A DNA stretch of 64,000 nucleotides. Source: Lentisphaeria bacterium (GTDB lineage: Bacteria; Verrucomicrobiota; Lentisphaeria; Victivallales; UBA1829). The number at the start of each line of letters is the position of its first letter. The first letter of the stretch is position 1. A model generated the notes under the pieces. It saw only the letters and a list, made by a program, of their open reading frames with translations, searched no databases and was not told the DNA's origin. This document shows, one piece after another, positions 9,563 through 19,155 of this stretch. Both the position numbers and the translations under genes were made by a program. Location of the stretch: assembly GCA_017455665.1 (NCBI GenBank), contig JAFSZN010000050.1, positions 183-64,182 of the forward strand, in the 5' to 3' direction.

Positions 9563-12500
9563 ATGAATATCAAGCGTTCCCGTATCCTGACCGCGCTCGG
9601 CATGGCACTGCTCGCCGGGACTCTGGCAGTCCCGCAGGAAGCTGCGTCGCAATCCGCATCGGAGGCATCCACGACCAGCGCGAACTGGGATATCTTCCGC
9701 GCCGGCGGCGACAACATCGAAAAAGGCGACAAGCTTTTCGAAGCCGGGAAATACGAGGAGGCGCTCGACGCCTACAGCAAAGCCCTTGCGGCGTTCCAGA
9801 AACTCCGCACGACCGATCCGAACTGGAACCGGTCCGTCGTGAACTACCGCATCACCACGTCCCAGAGCAAGGTCAGCTCCGCCGAACGCAAAGTCAACGA
9901 GGCAAAGGCAGCCGCGGCGGGCAAGACGCCGGCGTCGACCGGAGGCGCGAAGCCGTCCAACGAGGCGATCAACCAGCAGGCGATCGCCGAGATCGCAAGC
10001 CTGCGCAAACAGGTCGACGAACTTAAGAAACAGGCCGCCGCAAATCAGGCAGCCGCCGAAAAAAACAAACAGTCCGCGGAACAGGCCGCCGCCCTCGCGC
10101 AAGAAAAGGCGGCGCTTCAGAAGCAGGTCAAAGACCTGACCGCCGAACGCGACGCGCTGAAATCAGCCGGGGATGCGGAAAAAGTCGCCGCGCAGGCGAA
10201 GGCCGCCGAGGAACTGAAGGCGAAGCTCGCGCAGACCGAACAGAAACTTGCCGATGCGGAAAAGGCTTCCGCCGACGCGAAGACGAAACTCGCCGCCGCC
10301 GAAAAGAACGCGGCGGATTCCAAGGTGAAACTTGACGCCGCGGAGAAGGCTTCCGCTGATGCGAAGACGAAGCTCGCCGCCGCCGAAAAGGATGCGGCGG
10401 ACGCCAAGGCGCAGCTCGCCGCCGCGGCAGGCGCAGCCGGAGCCGCCGATGCTAATGTCAAGGCGCTTGCCGATGCCAACGCGAAGGTGAAGACGCTGAC
10501 CGACGCGAACGCAAAACTGACCTCCGATCTCGCCGCGCAGAAGGCCGCTTCGGACAAGGCCGCCGCCGAACTCGCCGCCGCACAGAAGACCGCCGCCGAC
10601 CGCAAGGCCGCGCTCGATACGCTCCAGGCTTCGTACAATGAAACGAAAAAATCCGAATCCGAGCTGAAACAGAAGGCCGAGGCTTCTGCCAGGACTGCCG
10701 CCGAGCTCGCCGGGATGAAGAGCACGGCGAACCAGCTGGAAAAAAAGCTCGCCGACGAACAGAAGAAATCCGCGTCGATCGAGGCGGAACGCAAGAAACT
10801 CGAGGCGGACCTCGCACAAGCGCGTTCCGCCCAGCCGGAAGCCGTCAAGAAGCTCGAAGCCGAACTCGCCGCGTTCAGGAAACAGAAAGACGCCGACGAC
10901 GCGAAAACCGCCGAGCTGGCGAAGAAAAACGCGTCCCTCACCGAAGACGTCACGAAGCTGAACGCGAAGAACGGCGCGCTCACCAATGAAAACAAGGCGT
11001 TGAAGGATGCCGTCGCCGAGGCGAGAAAAGCCGCGTCCGCCGGGGCTGCCGGCACAAGTGCCGCCGACGCCAAGGCGCTTGCCGACGCGAACGCGAAGGT
11101 GAAGACTTTGACCGATGAAAACGCAAAGCTGAAAGCCGACCTGGATGCCGCGAAGAAAGCCGCGCCTGCTGGTGCCGCCGACGCCAAGGCGCTTGCCGAC
11201 GCGAATGCGAAGGTGAAGACTCTGAGCGACGAAAACACGAAGCTGAAAGCTGATCTGGATGCCGCGAAGATCGCCGCGCCTGCTGGTGCCGCCGACGCCA
11301 AGGCGCTTGCCGACGCGAATGCGAAGGTGAAGACTCTGTGCGACGAAAACACGAAGCTGAAAGCCGATCTGAATGCCGCGAAGAAAGGCAGTCTGCCGAT
11401 GGCGGTCCCGGTCCGTTCCGAGGCGGATGCCAAAGCGCTTGCCGATGCGGACGCAAAGGTGAAGAGCCTGACCGATGCCAATGCGAAATTGAAGGCGGAT
11501 CTGGATTCGGCGAAGAAGACGCTTTCCGCGAGCTCGGATGCGAAAGCCCTGACCGACGCGAACGCGAAGGTGAAGACTTTGGTGGATGCGAACGCGAAGC
11601 TTGCCGCCGAACTGGATGCGCAGAAGTCCGCCGCGCAGAAAGCCTCCGAAGCCGCCTCGAAAGCCACCGGGACTCTGAACGAGACGAACGCGAAGATAAA
11701 GACGCTGATGGACGCGAATGCGAAACTTGCCGCCGAACTGGATGCGCAGAAGTCCGCCGTCGCAAAGTCCGCCGCGGAACTTGAAGCCGCGAAACAGGCG
11801 GCAGCCGATGCCGCAAACAAGCCCGTCCCGTCCGACGCCGCCGCGAAGATCGCCGCGCTGACGCAGGAAAAGGCGGCGCTTCAGGACGAACTGGTCGCCG
11901 CAAAGAGCGAACTCGACGCGGCGAAGGCGAAGGCCGACAAAGCCGGAACGGCCGCCGTTTCCGCGACCGCGCTTGCCGCCGCCGAAAAACGCGCATCCTC
12001 GCTCGAATCCGATGTGGCGAAACTCAACGCCGAGGTGAAGGACCTGACCGAGCAGAACAAAAAGCTCGCGGCGGGCGAGGCCGTCCGGAAATCTCTTGAG
12101 GCGGAGAACAAGACCCTGACCGATTCGAAGGCCGCTTCCGACAAGCAGATCGCCGACCTGAAGGCGCAGATCGCAAAATTCTCCGCGCCGTCCGCGTCCG
12201 ATGCGCCCGAGCTCGCGAAACAGAAGGAGCTGAACGCCTCGCTCACCGCCGCCAACGAAAAACTGACCGCCGAAAAGACGGCGTCCGCCGAGGCGCTCGC
12301 CAAGGCGAACAAGGACCTCGTGACAGTCCAGGCACAGCTCGAAAAACTCAAGATCGACCAGGCGTCCAACGCGGATGTGCGCAGGCTGACAGAATCGCTT
12401 GAGGACAAGGAGGCGCTCCTGAAGAAGAGCAACACCGAAAAGGAAGCGATCGAGAAGGAAGCCGTCCAGTACAAAGACAGATGCGAGGCGCTCCAGAACA

Positions 12501-13204
12501 CGCTTTCCAATGTGCTGACCCAGCAGACCGCGCTGAACGCCAAGCTTCAGCGTCTGGAACGGGAAGTCGAACTCCGCCGCAGAGACCCGAAGGCCGCCGG
12601 TTCCGCCGAGCTCCAGGAGAAGAACGATTCCATCGCGGAACTTCTGAAGGAACGCGCCGCATTTGATGACGAAGTGGTGAAGCTGAAAGCAGAGCTTGAC
12701 GACGAACGCGCGCTTTCCTCGCGTTACAAGAAGACCATGAACGCCGCGCGCAACGTGGCGGAAGCCGCGATCGTCGAGTCCCGTACGCTCCGCGCCGAGC
12801 TCGATACCTACCGCCGCAACGATCCCGACGCGAAACCCGAGATCGGCAAAACGGAGGATTCCATCCCCGACGAACTGAAACCGATGTTCGAGGATATCCT
12901 CGCCGGGAAGGAAGTCAAGCCGACGGTCTCCGTGGACAAAGCCAAGTTTGAAGAAGCCATGAAGGAGGCGCAGAAAGCCGAGAACGCGAAGGATTTCTCG
13001 ACCGCGCTGTGGCAGTACCTGATCGCCGCGGACGCCGATCCGTCCAATCCGCTCGCCCAGCTCTCCCTGGCACGCGTCCACTACGCGATGAAGCACGCCG
13101 ACAACGCCCGGAAGGCATACGAAAAGGCGCTTCAGCTCGGTGCGAAACGCGACCTGAACCTGGAAGAGATGCTGAAGGCCGCCCAGGGCGGTTCGGGTAA
13201 GTAA
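9563..13204 (+). CDS. Secreted giant Ala/Lys/Glu-rich coiled-coil repeat protein with TPR-like ends (hypothetical)
   Basis: 1213 aa. Signal peptide MNIKRSRILTALGMALLAGTLAVPQEAAS. TPR-like helix pairs at the N-terminus (GDKLFEAGKYEEALDAYSKAL) and C-terminus (ARVHYAMKHADNARKAYEKALQLG). About 1000 aa of heptad-like A/K/E/D/L sequence with internal repeats. The long antisense ORFs are shadows. Confidence 0.8.
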   Translation: MNIKRSRILTALGMALLAGTLAVPQEAASQSASEASTTSANWDIFRAGGDNIEKGDKLFEAGKYEEALDAYSKALAAFQKLRTTDPNWNRSVVNYRITTSQSKVSSAERKVNEAKAAAAGKTPASTGGAKPSNEAINQQAIAEIASLRKQVDELKKQAAANQAAAEKNKQSAEQAAALAQEKAALQKQVKDLTAERDALKSAGDAEKVAAQAKAAEELKAKLAQTEQKLADAEKASADAKTKLAAAEKNAADSKVKLDAAEKASADAKTKLAAAEKDAADAKAQLAAAAGAAGAADANVKALADANAKVKTLTDANAKLTSDLAAQKAASDKAAAELAAAQKTAADRKAALDTLQASYNETKKSESELKQKAEASARTAAELAGMKSTANQLEKKLADEQKKSASIEAERKKLEADLAQARSAQPEAVKKLEAELAAFRKQKDADDAKTAELAKKNASLTEDVTKLNAKNGALTNENKALKDAVAEARKAASAGAAGTSAADAKALADANAKVKTLTDENAKLKADLDAAKKAAPAGAADAKALADANAKVKTLSDENTKLKADLDAAKIAAPAGAADAKALADANAKVKTLCDENTKLKADLNAAKKGSLPMAVPVRSEADAKALADADAKVKSLTDANAKLKADLDSAKKTLSASSDAKALTDANAKVKTLVDANAKLAAELDAQKSAAQKASEAASKATGTLNETNAKIKTLMDANAKLAAELDAQKSAVAKSAAELEAAKQAAADAANKPVPSDAAAKIAALTQEKAALQDELVAAKSELDAAKAKADKAGTAAVSATALAAAEKRASSLESDVAKLNAEVKDLTEQNKKLAAGEAVRKSLEAENKTLTDSKAASDKQIADLKAQIAKFSAPSASDAPELAKQKELNASLTAANEKLTAEKTASAEALAKANKDLVTVQAQLEKLKIDQASNADVRRLTESLEDKEALLKKSNTEKEAIEKEAVQYKDRCEALQNTLSNVLTQQTALNAKLQRLEREVELRRRDPKAAGSAELQEKNDSIAELLKERAAFDDEVVKLKAELDDERALSSRYKKTMNAARNVAEAAIVESRTLRAELDTYRRNDPDAKPEIGKTEDSIPDELKPMFEDILAGKEVKPTVSVDKAKFEEAMKEAQKAENAKDFSTALWQYLIAADADPSNPLAQLSLARVHYAMKHADNARKAYEKALQLGAKRDLNLEEMLKAAQGGSGK
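11063..11404 (+). repeat. Three near-identical 114-nt (38-aa) tandem repeats inside the coiled-coil gene
   Basis: GCCGACGCCAAGGCGCTTGCCGACGCGAA... restarts at 11063, 11177 and 11291 (exact 114-nt period). The encoded unit is AADAKALADANAKVKTL(T/S/C)DEN(A/T)KLKADL(D/N)AAK(K/I)AAPAG. More diverged copies of KALADANAKVKTL occur at ~10440, 11421, 11535 and 11670. Confidence 0.9.
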
Positions 13205-13231
13205 CAATTGCTCTGCTGACGGGAGACACCT

Positions 13232-13309
13232 ATGATCGTATCGTTTGGCGTGATCGCTGTCGTTGTGATCGTCATCGCGGCCGTCTGCCTGGGGATATTC
13301 CACCACTGA
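13232..13309 (+). CDS. Possible 25-aa hydrophobic micropeptide
   Basis: ATG at 13232 preceded by GGGAGA. Encodes MIVSFGVIAVVVIVIAAVCLGIFHH (one TM helix). Too short to assess further. Confidence 0.25.
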   Translation: MIVSFGVIAVVVIVIAAVCLGIFHH

Positions 13310-13341
13310 TCCATTGAAAACAAACCTGAAAGGGATTTACT

Positions 13342-13650
13342 ATGTCTATGTTCGGTTCTTTCGGACAGCTCGCCGGGATGATGAAGGATTTCCAGGAGCT
13401 GAAAAAGAAAATTGAAGCCATGAAACAGGAGCTCGCGCAGATGGAGTTCCGCGGCGTGAGCCAGGACGGCACAGTGACCGCCGTCGTGAGCGGCGACTGC
13501 TTCGTGCGTTCCATCGCGAGCACGACCGCCAGCCCGAGCCCCCAGGCGACCGCCGAGGCCGTCAACCAGGGCATAGCGCAGGCGAAGAACGCGATCTCGC
13601 AGAAGATATCCGAGGCGACCGGCGGACTGCCGATGCCGGGACTTTTCTGA
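13342..13650 (+). CDS. ybaB: Nucleoid-associated protein YbaB/EbfC
   Basis: 102 aa. N-terminal ...LAGMMKDFQELKKKIEAMKQELAQMEF.G.S.DG.V is typical of the family. Sits upstream of recR, the usual synteny. Confidence 0.9.
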   Translation: MSMFGSFGQLAGMMKDFQELKKKIEAMKQELAQMEFRGVSQDGTVTAVVSGDCFVRSIASTTASPSPQATAEAVNQGIAQAKNAISQKISEATGGLPMPGLF

Positions 13651-13672
13651 ACTTGATTATCGGAGTCCGACG

Positions 13673-14320
13673 ATGTTTGCGCAGCCGTGGCCGGAACCTC
13701 TTGCCGAACTGATCGAAATGCTGAAGAACCTGCCGGGCGTGGGGAAGCGCTCCGCCGAACGCATGGCGCTGTCGCTGTACCTGTGGGACCCGGCGAAACT
13801 CGAGGCGCTGGCGGGGAATCTCGCCTCGCTCCACACGCGCATCCACGCCTGCCCGGAATGCGGCAACCTGTCCGACGCGCCCGACAACGGCGCGTGCGGC
13901 ATCTGCTCGTCCCCGGCGCGGGACCGTTCCATCATCTGCGTGGTGGAGGACGTGGCGCAGATCCATTCGCTGGAATCCGCCGGCGTCTTCAAAGGCGTCT
14001 ATCACGTGCTCGGCGGACGCATCGCCCCGCTGGAGGGGAAGTTCCCCGAATCGCTCTCCATCCCGCGCCTCGAGGAGCGAATTGCCGCCGGCGGCATCCG
14101 CGAAATGATCCTGGCGCTGAGCCAGGATATCGAGGGGCAGGCGACCGCCGTCTACCTCGCCAACCGGTTCCAGGGACGCGGATTCGCCATCACGCGTCCG
14201 GCGCGCGGACTGCCCGCCGGGTCCGACCTGACCTACGCCGACTCCGCCACGATCGCGCTGGCACTTGACGCCCGCACGAGCCTGAACCGTCCGAACGAAC
14301 AGGAGGACACCCCGCGATGA
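13673..14320 (+). CDS. recR: Recombination protein RecR
   Basis: HhH (LPGVGKRSAERMA), C4 zinc finger (CPECGN...CGIC) and Toprim (VVEDVAQIHSLE). Confidence 0.92.
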   Translation: MFAQPWPEPLAELIEMLKNLPGVGKRSAERMALSLYLWDPAKLEALAGNLASLHTRIHACPECGNLSDAPDNGACGICSSPARDRSIICVVEDVAQIHSLESAGVFKGVYHVLGGRIAPLEGKFPESLSIPRLEERIAAGGIREMILALSQDIEGQATAVYLANRFQGRGFAITRPARGLPAGSDLTYADSATIALALDARTSLNRPNEQEDTPR

Positions 14321-15201
14321 ACACGAAAACGAATGAAATAAAGACTGTCCGCGTGGCGCTGGTGCAGGATTTCGCGCCGGCGACCGTCGAAGAGGCGCGC
14401 GAACGCTTCGCCGCGAAAGTCGCGGAGGCCGCGGGGCAGGGGGCGAACATCGTCTGCACGCAGGAGCTGTTCCAGACGGAGTATTTCTGCTGGAAACAGG
14501 ACCCGGAATTCTTCGTGCTCGCCGAGCCGGTCCCCGGGCCGGGGACGGATTTCTACGCCGCCCTTGCGAAACGGTTCGGCGTGGTGATCGTCGCGTCGTT
14601 CTTCGAGAAGCGCGCGCCCGGGCTCTGCCACAACACCGCCGTCATCTTCGACGCGGACGGCAGCATCGCCGGGACCTACCGCAAGATGCACATCCCGCAG
14701 GACCCCGGATTCGAGGAGAAATTCTATTTCGCGCCCGGCGACGGGCCGTTCCGCGCCTGGGACACGGCCTTCGGGCGCATCGGCGTGGTGATCTGCTGGG
14801 ACCAGTGGTACCCGGAATCCGCCCGCCTGACCGCGCTCGACGGCGCGTCGATCATCTTCTGTCCGACCGCGATCGGCACGATCGAATCCGAGCCGGACGA
14901 CCTGATGCTGAAACAGCGTCACGCGTGGCTCACGGTCCAGCACGGACACGCCGTGGCGAACGGGTGTTTCTTCGCGGCGGTGAACCGCGTCGGCACGGAG
15001 CACGGCACGCGGTTCTGGGGCTCGTCGTTCGTGTCGGATTTCTACGGCGAGGACCTCTCGCTCGCGTCCCGCGACAAAGCCGAGATCGTGTATGCCGACT
15101 GCGACCTCGCCGCGATGGAGGAACACCGCCGCATGTGGCCGTTCTTCCGCGACCGCCGCATCGACGCCTACGGACCGATCCTGAAGCGGTTCGGAGACTG
15201 A
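14317..15201 (+). CDS. aguB: N-carbamoylputrescine amidase (carbon-nitrogen hydrolase)
   Basis: 294 aa nitrilase-superfamily protein (CTQELF, YRKMHIP, VICWDQWYPE). Adjacent to agmatine deiminase. Confidence 0.85.
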   Translation: MNTKTNEIKTVRVALVQDFAPATVEEARERFAAKVAEAAGQGANIVCTQELFQTEYFCWKQDPEFFVLAEPVPGPGTDFYAALAKRFGVVIVASFFEKRAPGLCHNTAVIFDADGSIAGTYRKMHIPQDPGFEEKFYFAPGDGPFRAWDTAFGRIGVVICWDQWYPESARLTALDGASIIFCPTAIGTIESEPDDLMLKQRHAWLTVQHGHAVANGCFFAAVNRVGTEHGTRFWGSSFVSDFYGEDLSLASRDKAEIVYADCDLAAMEEHRRMWPFFRDRRIDAYGPILKRFGD

Positions 15202-15204
15202 GCC

Positions 15205-16263
15205 ATGCCGGAGATGCCGGAGTCGGTCAGCGCCGCAGAACGCGGCTTCACGATGCCCGCGGAGTGGGAGGAACAGCGCGCGATATTGCTTTCGTGGCCG
15301 CTGAATCCCCTGACGTGGGAGGACCGCCGGGCTGAGGTCGAAGCAATATACGCCGGATTCGCGGCGGCGGTCTCGCGTTTCGAGGACGTGAAGATCAATT
15401 GCGTGCGCGCCGAACAGCCGCGCATCCTCAAGTTGCTTTCCGGCGCCGGAGCCGACGCCGCCCGTGTCGAACTGCTCGACGTGCCGACGAACGACGCCTG
15501 GTGCCGCGACCACGGCCCCGTGTGCCTCGTGAACCGCGCGACAGGGGCGCGTCTGCTGGTCCATTTCCGGTACAACGCCTGGGGCGGGAAATTTCCGCCG
15601 TGGGACCTTGACGCCGCCGTGCCGGAACACGCCGCCGCGCTGCTCGGCTATGAACGGAATGCCGTCCCGATGGTCTGCGAGGGCGGCGCGCTGGAATCGA
15701 ACGGCGCGGGGTTGCTGATGACGACCGAATCCGTGATGCTGAACCCGAACCGGAACCCTTCCATGACGCGGGCGCAGATCGGCGACACGCTGATGCGCTC
15801 GCTCGGCATGGACGAGATCCTGTGGCTGAAAGGCGGCCTCTTCTGCGACGATACGGACGGGCATATTGACACGCTCGCGCGGTTCGTGAACGCAAACACC
15901 GTGCTCGCGTGCGTCGCGCCGGAAGACTCGAAAAATGCCCCGATGCTGAACGAAAACCTGCGCCGTCTGCGCGAATACCGGACGCGCCTCGGACGTCCGC
16001 TCGACGTGATCCCGCTGCCGCTGCCCGATCCCGTGGCGCCGCCCGACGGCTGGCGCGAGGAGACGCTTCCCGCGTCCTACGCGAACTATCTGCTCGTGAA
16101 CGGCGCCGTGCTGGCGCCGTCCTACCGTCAGCCGCGCAACGACGCCCGCGCCGCCGCGATCATCGGAGAGGCGTTTCCCGGTCGCGAAGTCGTCCAAATC
16201 GACTGCGCGGACATCATCCTGGAGGGCGGCGCGCTGCACTGCCTTTCCCAGAATCTTTTCTGA
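15205..16263 (+). CDS. aguA: Agmatine deiminase
   Basis: 352 aa with MPAEWE, AWCRDHGP and C-terminal EGGALHCLSQ (catalytic Cys context). Confidence 0.85.
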   Translation: MPEMPESVSAAERGFTMPAEWEEQRAILLSWPLNPLTWEDRRAEVEAIYAGFAAAVSRFEDVKINCVRAEQPRILKLLSGAGADAARVELLDVPTNDAWCRDHGPVCLVNRATGARLLVHFRYNAWGGKFPPWDLDAAVPEHAAALLGYERNAVPMVCEGGALESNGAGLLMTTESVMLNPNRNPSMTRAQIGDTLMRSLGMDEILWLKGGLFCDDTDGHIDTLARFVNANTVLACVAPEDSKNAPMLNENLRRLREYRTRLGRPLDVIPLPLPDPVAPPDGWREETLPASYANYLLVNGAVLAPSYRQPRNDARAAAIIGEAFPGREVVQIDCADIILEGGALHCLSQNLF

Positions 16264-16296
16264 CCGTCATCCTCCCTCAAATTGCACGATAAAGAA

Positions 16297-16338
16297 CGCC
16301 TCCGCCGCGAAAATGCGAACGGAGGCGATTGCGTTTTG
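16297..16338. terminator. Hairpin between convergent aguA and GH127 genes
   Basis: CGCCTCCG/CGGAGGCG 8-bp stem with a 15-nt loop, followed by ATTGCGTTTTGTC. Confidence 0.45.
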
Positions 16339-16357
16339 TCTGAATGTCAGTCGTAGC

Positions 16358-18724
16358 TCATTTTTTCTCGGGCGGGGTGAGGATGGCGGCGTGGTAGACG
16401 GAGCCGATGCCGCCGCGTTCGCCTGCGGGCTGGTGACGGATCACGATGTGGTCCTTGCCCTTCGTGATGGATTCCGGGATCTCGTATTCGACCTCGAAGA
16501 ACTGGTTCGGATGCGCGGCGGAAAGCTTCTGCACGGCGATTTGCTGACCGTCGGCGAGGATGGCGGTCTCGGTCCAGTTGTCGCCGCCCCAGTAGGTGCA
16601 CGCGAGGATGTTCTTCTTGTCCGGGCTGACCTTCATGCGGAATTCGATCCAGCCGCCCTGATGCGCGCCGCGGTAGCCGCGCCCGTTGAAGCGCCCGGAA
16701 TGGGTGTTCTGGTACTTCACGGCGTGGTCGGTCTCGGACTGCTGTTCGCCGAAGTTCATCTCGTCGACGGTGCGCGCGGCGCGTTCGCGCTGGCGTTCGG
16801 CCTCGGCCTCGATCCGCGCCTTTTCGGCCGCCCACTGCGCCTCGTTCATGTTCTTCCAGTAGACGTTGTAGTGCTGGTACGGCATCTGGTTGAACGGGCG
16901 GATGAGGACGTTGGAGCCGTCGGCCGCGGGCAGGTTGTACGCGCGGTCGGAGCCGGGAACGGGCTTCGCGGCGGCGACGAGCTGCGCGGCGTTGTCGCCA
17001 AGGAGAATGGGCACGGGCTTGCAGGCGGCGTTCTGTAGGTCGAGCTGGTCGCGCAGATAGATGCGTTTCTGGTAGTTCTCGACTTCGCCGAGGTCGCCCG
17101 CGAGGAGCGTCGGGCCGTAGAAAAACGCGTTCTGCTCGGTATGGCCGCCGTGGAGGTGTTCCGTGCGGAGCGACATCGGAATATTGATCTCGACCTTGTC
17201 GCCGGTCTTCCAGTCGGCGTTCAGGACGGCGTTTTCACCGGGCTTCCCGGTCGCGATCTCTTTACCGTTGAGCGAGAAGGTCACCGGCTTGTCCGCCCAG
17301 CCGGGGCAGCGCACGTTCAGCGCGAGCTTTTTGTCCGGCGCCTTGTCGAACGTGAGCGTAACCTTGCCGTTCTTCGGGTACTCGGTGTTCATGGTGAGCT
17401 CGAGGCCGCGTTCCGCCCATTTCAGCTTCGACGGGGTGAAGAGCGTGACGAAGAGGTTGTCGTCGTCGTGGAAATAGATCGCGTGGTTGTACTTCGTGTG
17501 GTTCTCGATGCCGGTGCCGAAGCAGCACCAGAAGGACTGGTCCGGCGAGCTGTACACGCGGAACTGGCCCGGCTTCAGCGAGACGAAGTAGGTGAACATG
17601 GAGCGCTCGGGGTCCTGCGACGGCAGGATCTGGTTCAGCAGGGCGCGTTCGCGGTAGTCGCCGTAGACGGTGTTCGCGGGCTCCTGCATCTGAAGATGCT
17701 CGGCGAGGCGGATCATGTTGTAGACGTTGCAGCACTCGACGGACGCCGGGGAGAGGTGCCGGTCGGCCTCTTCGGGACGGTAGAAATGCTCGCGGTCGCT
17801 GTTGCCGCCGGTGACGTAGGTGTGGTTCTTCACGACGATGTCGAAGAAGTTCTTGCTGACCTTGCGCCCGAAATCGTCGCCGGTGATCTCGTAGTTGACC
17901 GCCTCGGCGATGACCTTCGGCACCTGCGTGTTCGCGTGCTTGCCGGCGAGGTTGTCCTTCCCCGCCGCGAGGTCGTCCACGAGCCAGTGGTGGCGGAACC
18001 GCTGGGCGAGCGCCTTGTGCGTCTCGTCCTTCGTCTCCGCGTAGAGTTTCCAGAAGACTTCGCCAATGCCGCCGAACTCCATGTCGAGCATGCGCTGGCA
18101 TTTCTTCTCGTCCAACCCCTTCGTGAGGCCGTCCACCCAGCGCGCGAAGTTCACGAGCACGTCCTTCGCCTGTTCGTTTCCGGCAATCTTCCACGCGTCA
18201 TAAAGCCCCGCGGCGATCTTGTGCTGCGTGTACCACGGCGCCCACGTGTGGTTGATCGTCTCCACGTCGCCGTCCTTCAGCACCTCAAGCGCGCGGCGGG
18301 CGTTCCGCGACATGCAGCCGATGTAGCCGGAGTCGCCGTACAGCTTCTGGCAGCGCGCCATCTCGCCGATGATGTAGTCCACGCGCTCCTTGAACCGCGC
18401 GTCGCCCGTGCTGGCGTATTCCAGCGAAAGCGCCGTCAGGTAGTGCCCGAGCGTGTGGCCGGACAGGTCGCTGCTCTCCCAGCCGCCGTAGACCGGGGCT
18501 TTCGGCGTCTCGCCGCAATACTCGTACATGCGAGCCATGAGGCGGTCCGCGCTCAGCGAGAGCAGGAAATCCGCGTTGCGTTTCTTGTTCGCGAGGAACG
18601 GGCTTTCGAGGAGCTCGACCTCGTTGAGCTTGAACGGGACGGCGGGGGGTGCGCCGAACGTGAACGGGATGGCGGACGCGAGCGCGGTCGAAATGCAGAG
18701 GCAGTGTTTCAGAGCGGTTGTCAT
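16358..18724 (-). CDS. Glycoside hydrolase family 127 (beta-L-arabinofuranosidase-like, DUF1680)
   Basis: Track ORF is extended to 18787. The ATG at 18724 gives MTTALKHCLCISTALASAIPFTFGA (signal peptide). GH127-like blocks GGWESSDLSGHTLGHYLTAL and HANTQVPK, plus a C-terminal beta-rich extension. Confidence 0.8.
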   Translation of the reverse strand: MTTALKHCLCISTALASAIPFTFGAPPAVPFKLNEVELLESPFLANKKRNADFLLSLSADRLMARMYEYCGETPKAPVYGGWESSDLSGHTLGHYLTALSLEYASTGDARFKERVDYIIGEMARCQKLYGDSGYIGCMSRNARRALEVLKDGDVETINHTWAPWYTQHKIAAGLYDAWKIAGNEQAKDVLVNFARWVDGLTKGLDEKKCQRMLDMEFGGIGEVFWKLYAETKDETHKALAQRFRHHWLVDDLAAGKDNLAGKHANTQVPKVIAEAVNYEITGDDFGRKVSKNFFDIVVKNHTYVTGGNSDREHFYRPEEADRHLSPASVECCNVYNMIRLAEHLQMQEPANTVYGDYRERALLNQILPSQDPERSMFTYFVSLKPGQFRVYSSPDQSFWCCFGTGIENHTKYNHAIYFHDDDNLFVTLFTPSKLKWAERGLELTMNTEYPKNGKVTLTFDKAPDKKLALNVRCPGWADKPVTFSLNGKEIATGKPGENAVLNADWKTGDKVEINIPMSLRTEHLHGGHTEQNAFFYGPTLLAGDLGEVENYQKRIYLRDQLDLQNAACKPVPILLGDNAAQLVAAAKPVPGSDRAYNLPAADGSNVLIRPFNQMPYQHYNVYWKNMNEAQWAAEKARIEAEAERQRERAARTVDEMNFGEQQSETDHAVKYQNTHSGRFNGRGYRGAHQGGWIEFRMKVSPDKKNILACTYWGGDNWTETAILADGQQIAVQKLSAAHPNQFFEVEYEIPESITKGKDHIVIRHQPAGERGGIGSVYHAAILTPPEKK

Positions 18725-19155
18725 GTCGGGAGTCCTGTGTTTTTTTGGGTGTTTTCGGGACGGGGGGATGTCCCGCCGCCCATGCAAAGCAGTATAGTTT
18801 GAGGTGAATTACGTTTTAAGAACGAAACAATATAGCCTTTCACATGGAAAAAAGCAAGTCGTTTTCCCAAAAAAACAAAAGAAAAAGAGAGAAAAAGCGA
18901 TCCTGATATCTTTCGAGGAAAGCCAGTCTTGCAAAACGGCGCCGCCCTTCAAGGGCAATGATCCCGCGGAATCGGCTCAAAGAAAAAAAATAACAATGTC
19001 CGCCGGAGGAGAATCCCCAAAAAAAATTGAAAAAAAACTGGCAAAATGAAAAAGAGGTGGTATATTAGTGTTGGGTATAAGCGCGCGCCCTCAAAACAAA
19101 TCCGGGCGATGTGCCGTCCGCCGCAAAAGGAAAACGCGAACAATCCGGAGTCGAT

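Noticed and set aside
18804-19110. Small ORFs and an A-rich stretch between GH127 and the LysM gene (18804..19049, 19068..19391).
   Set aside because: Lys/Glu-rich translations of an A-rich promoter region, with no RBS or domain signal.
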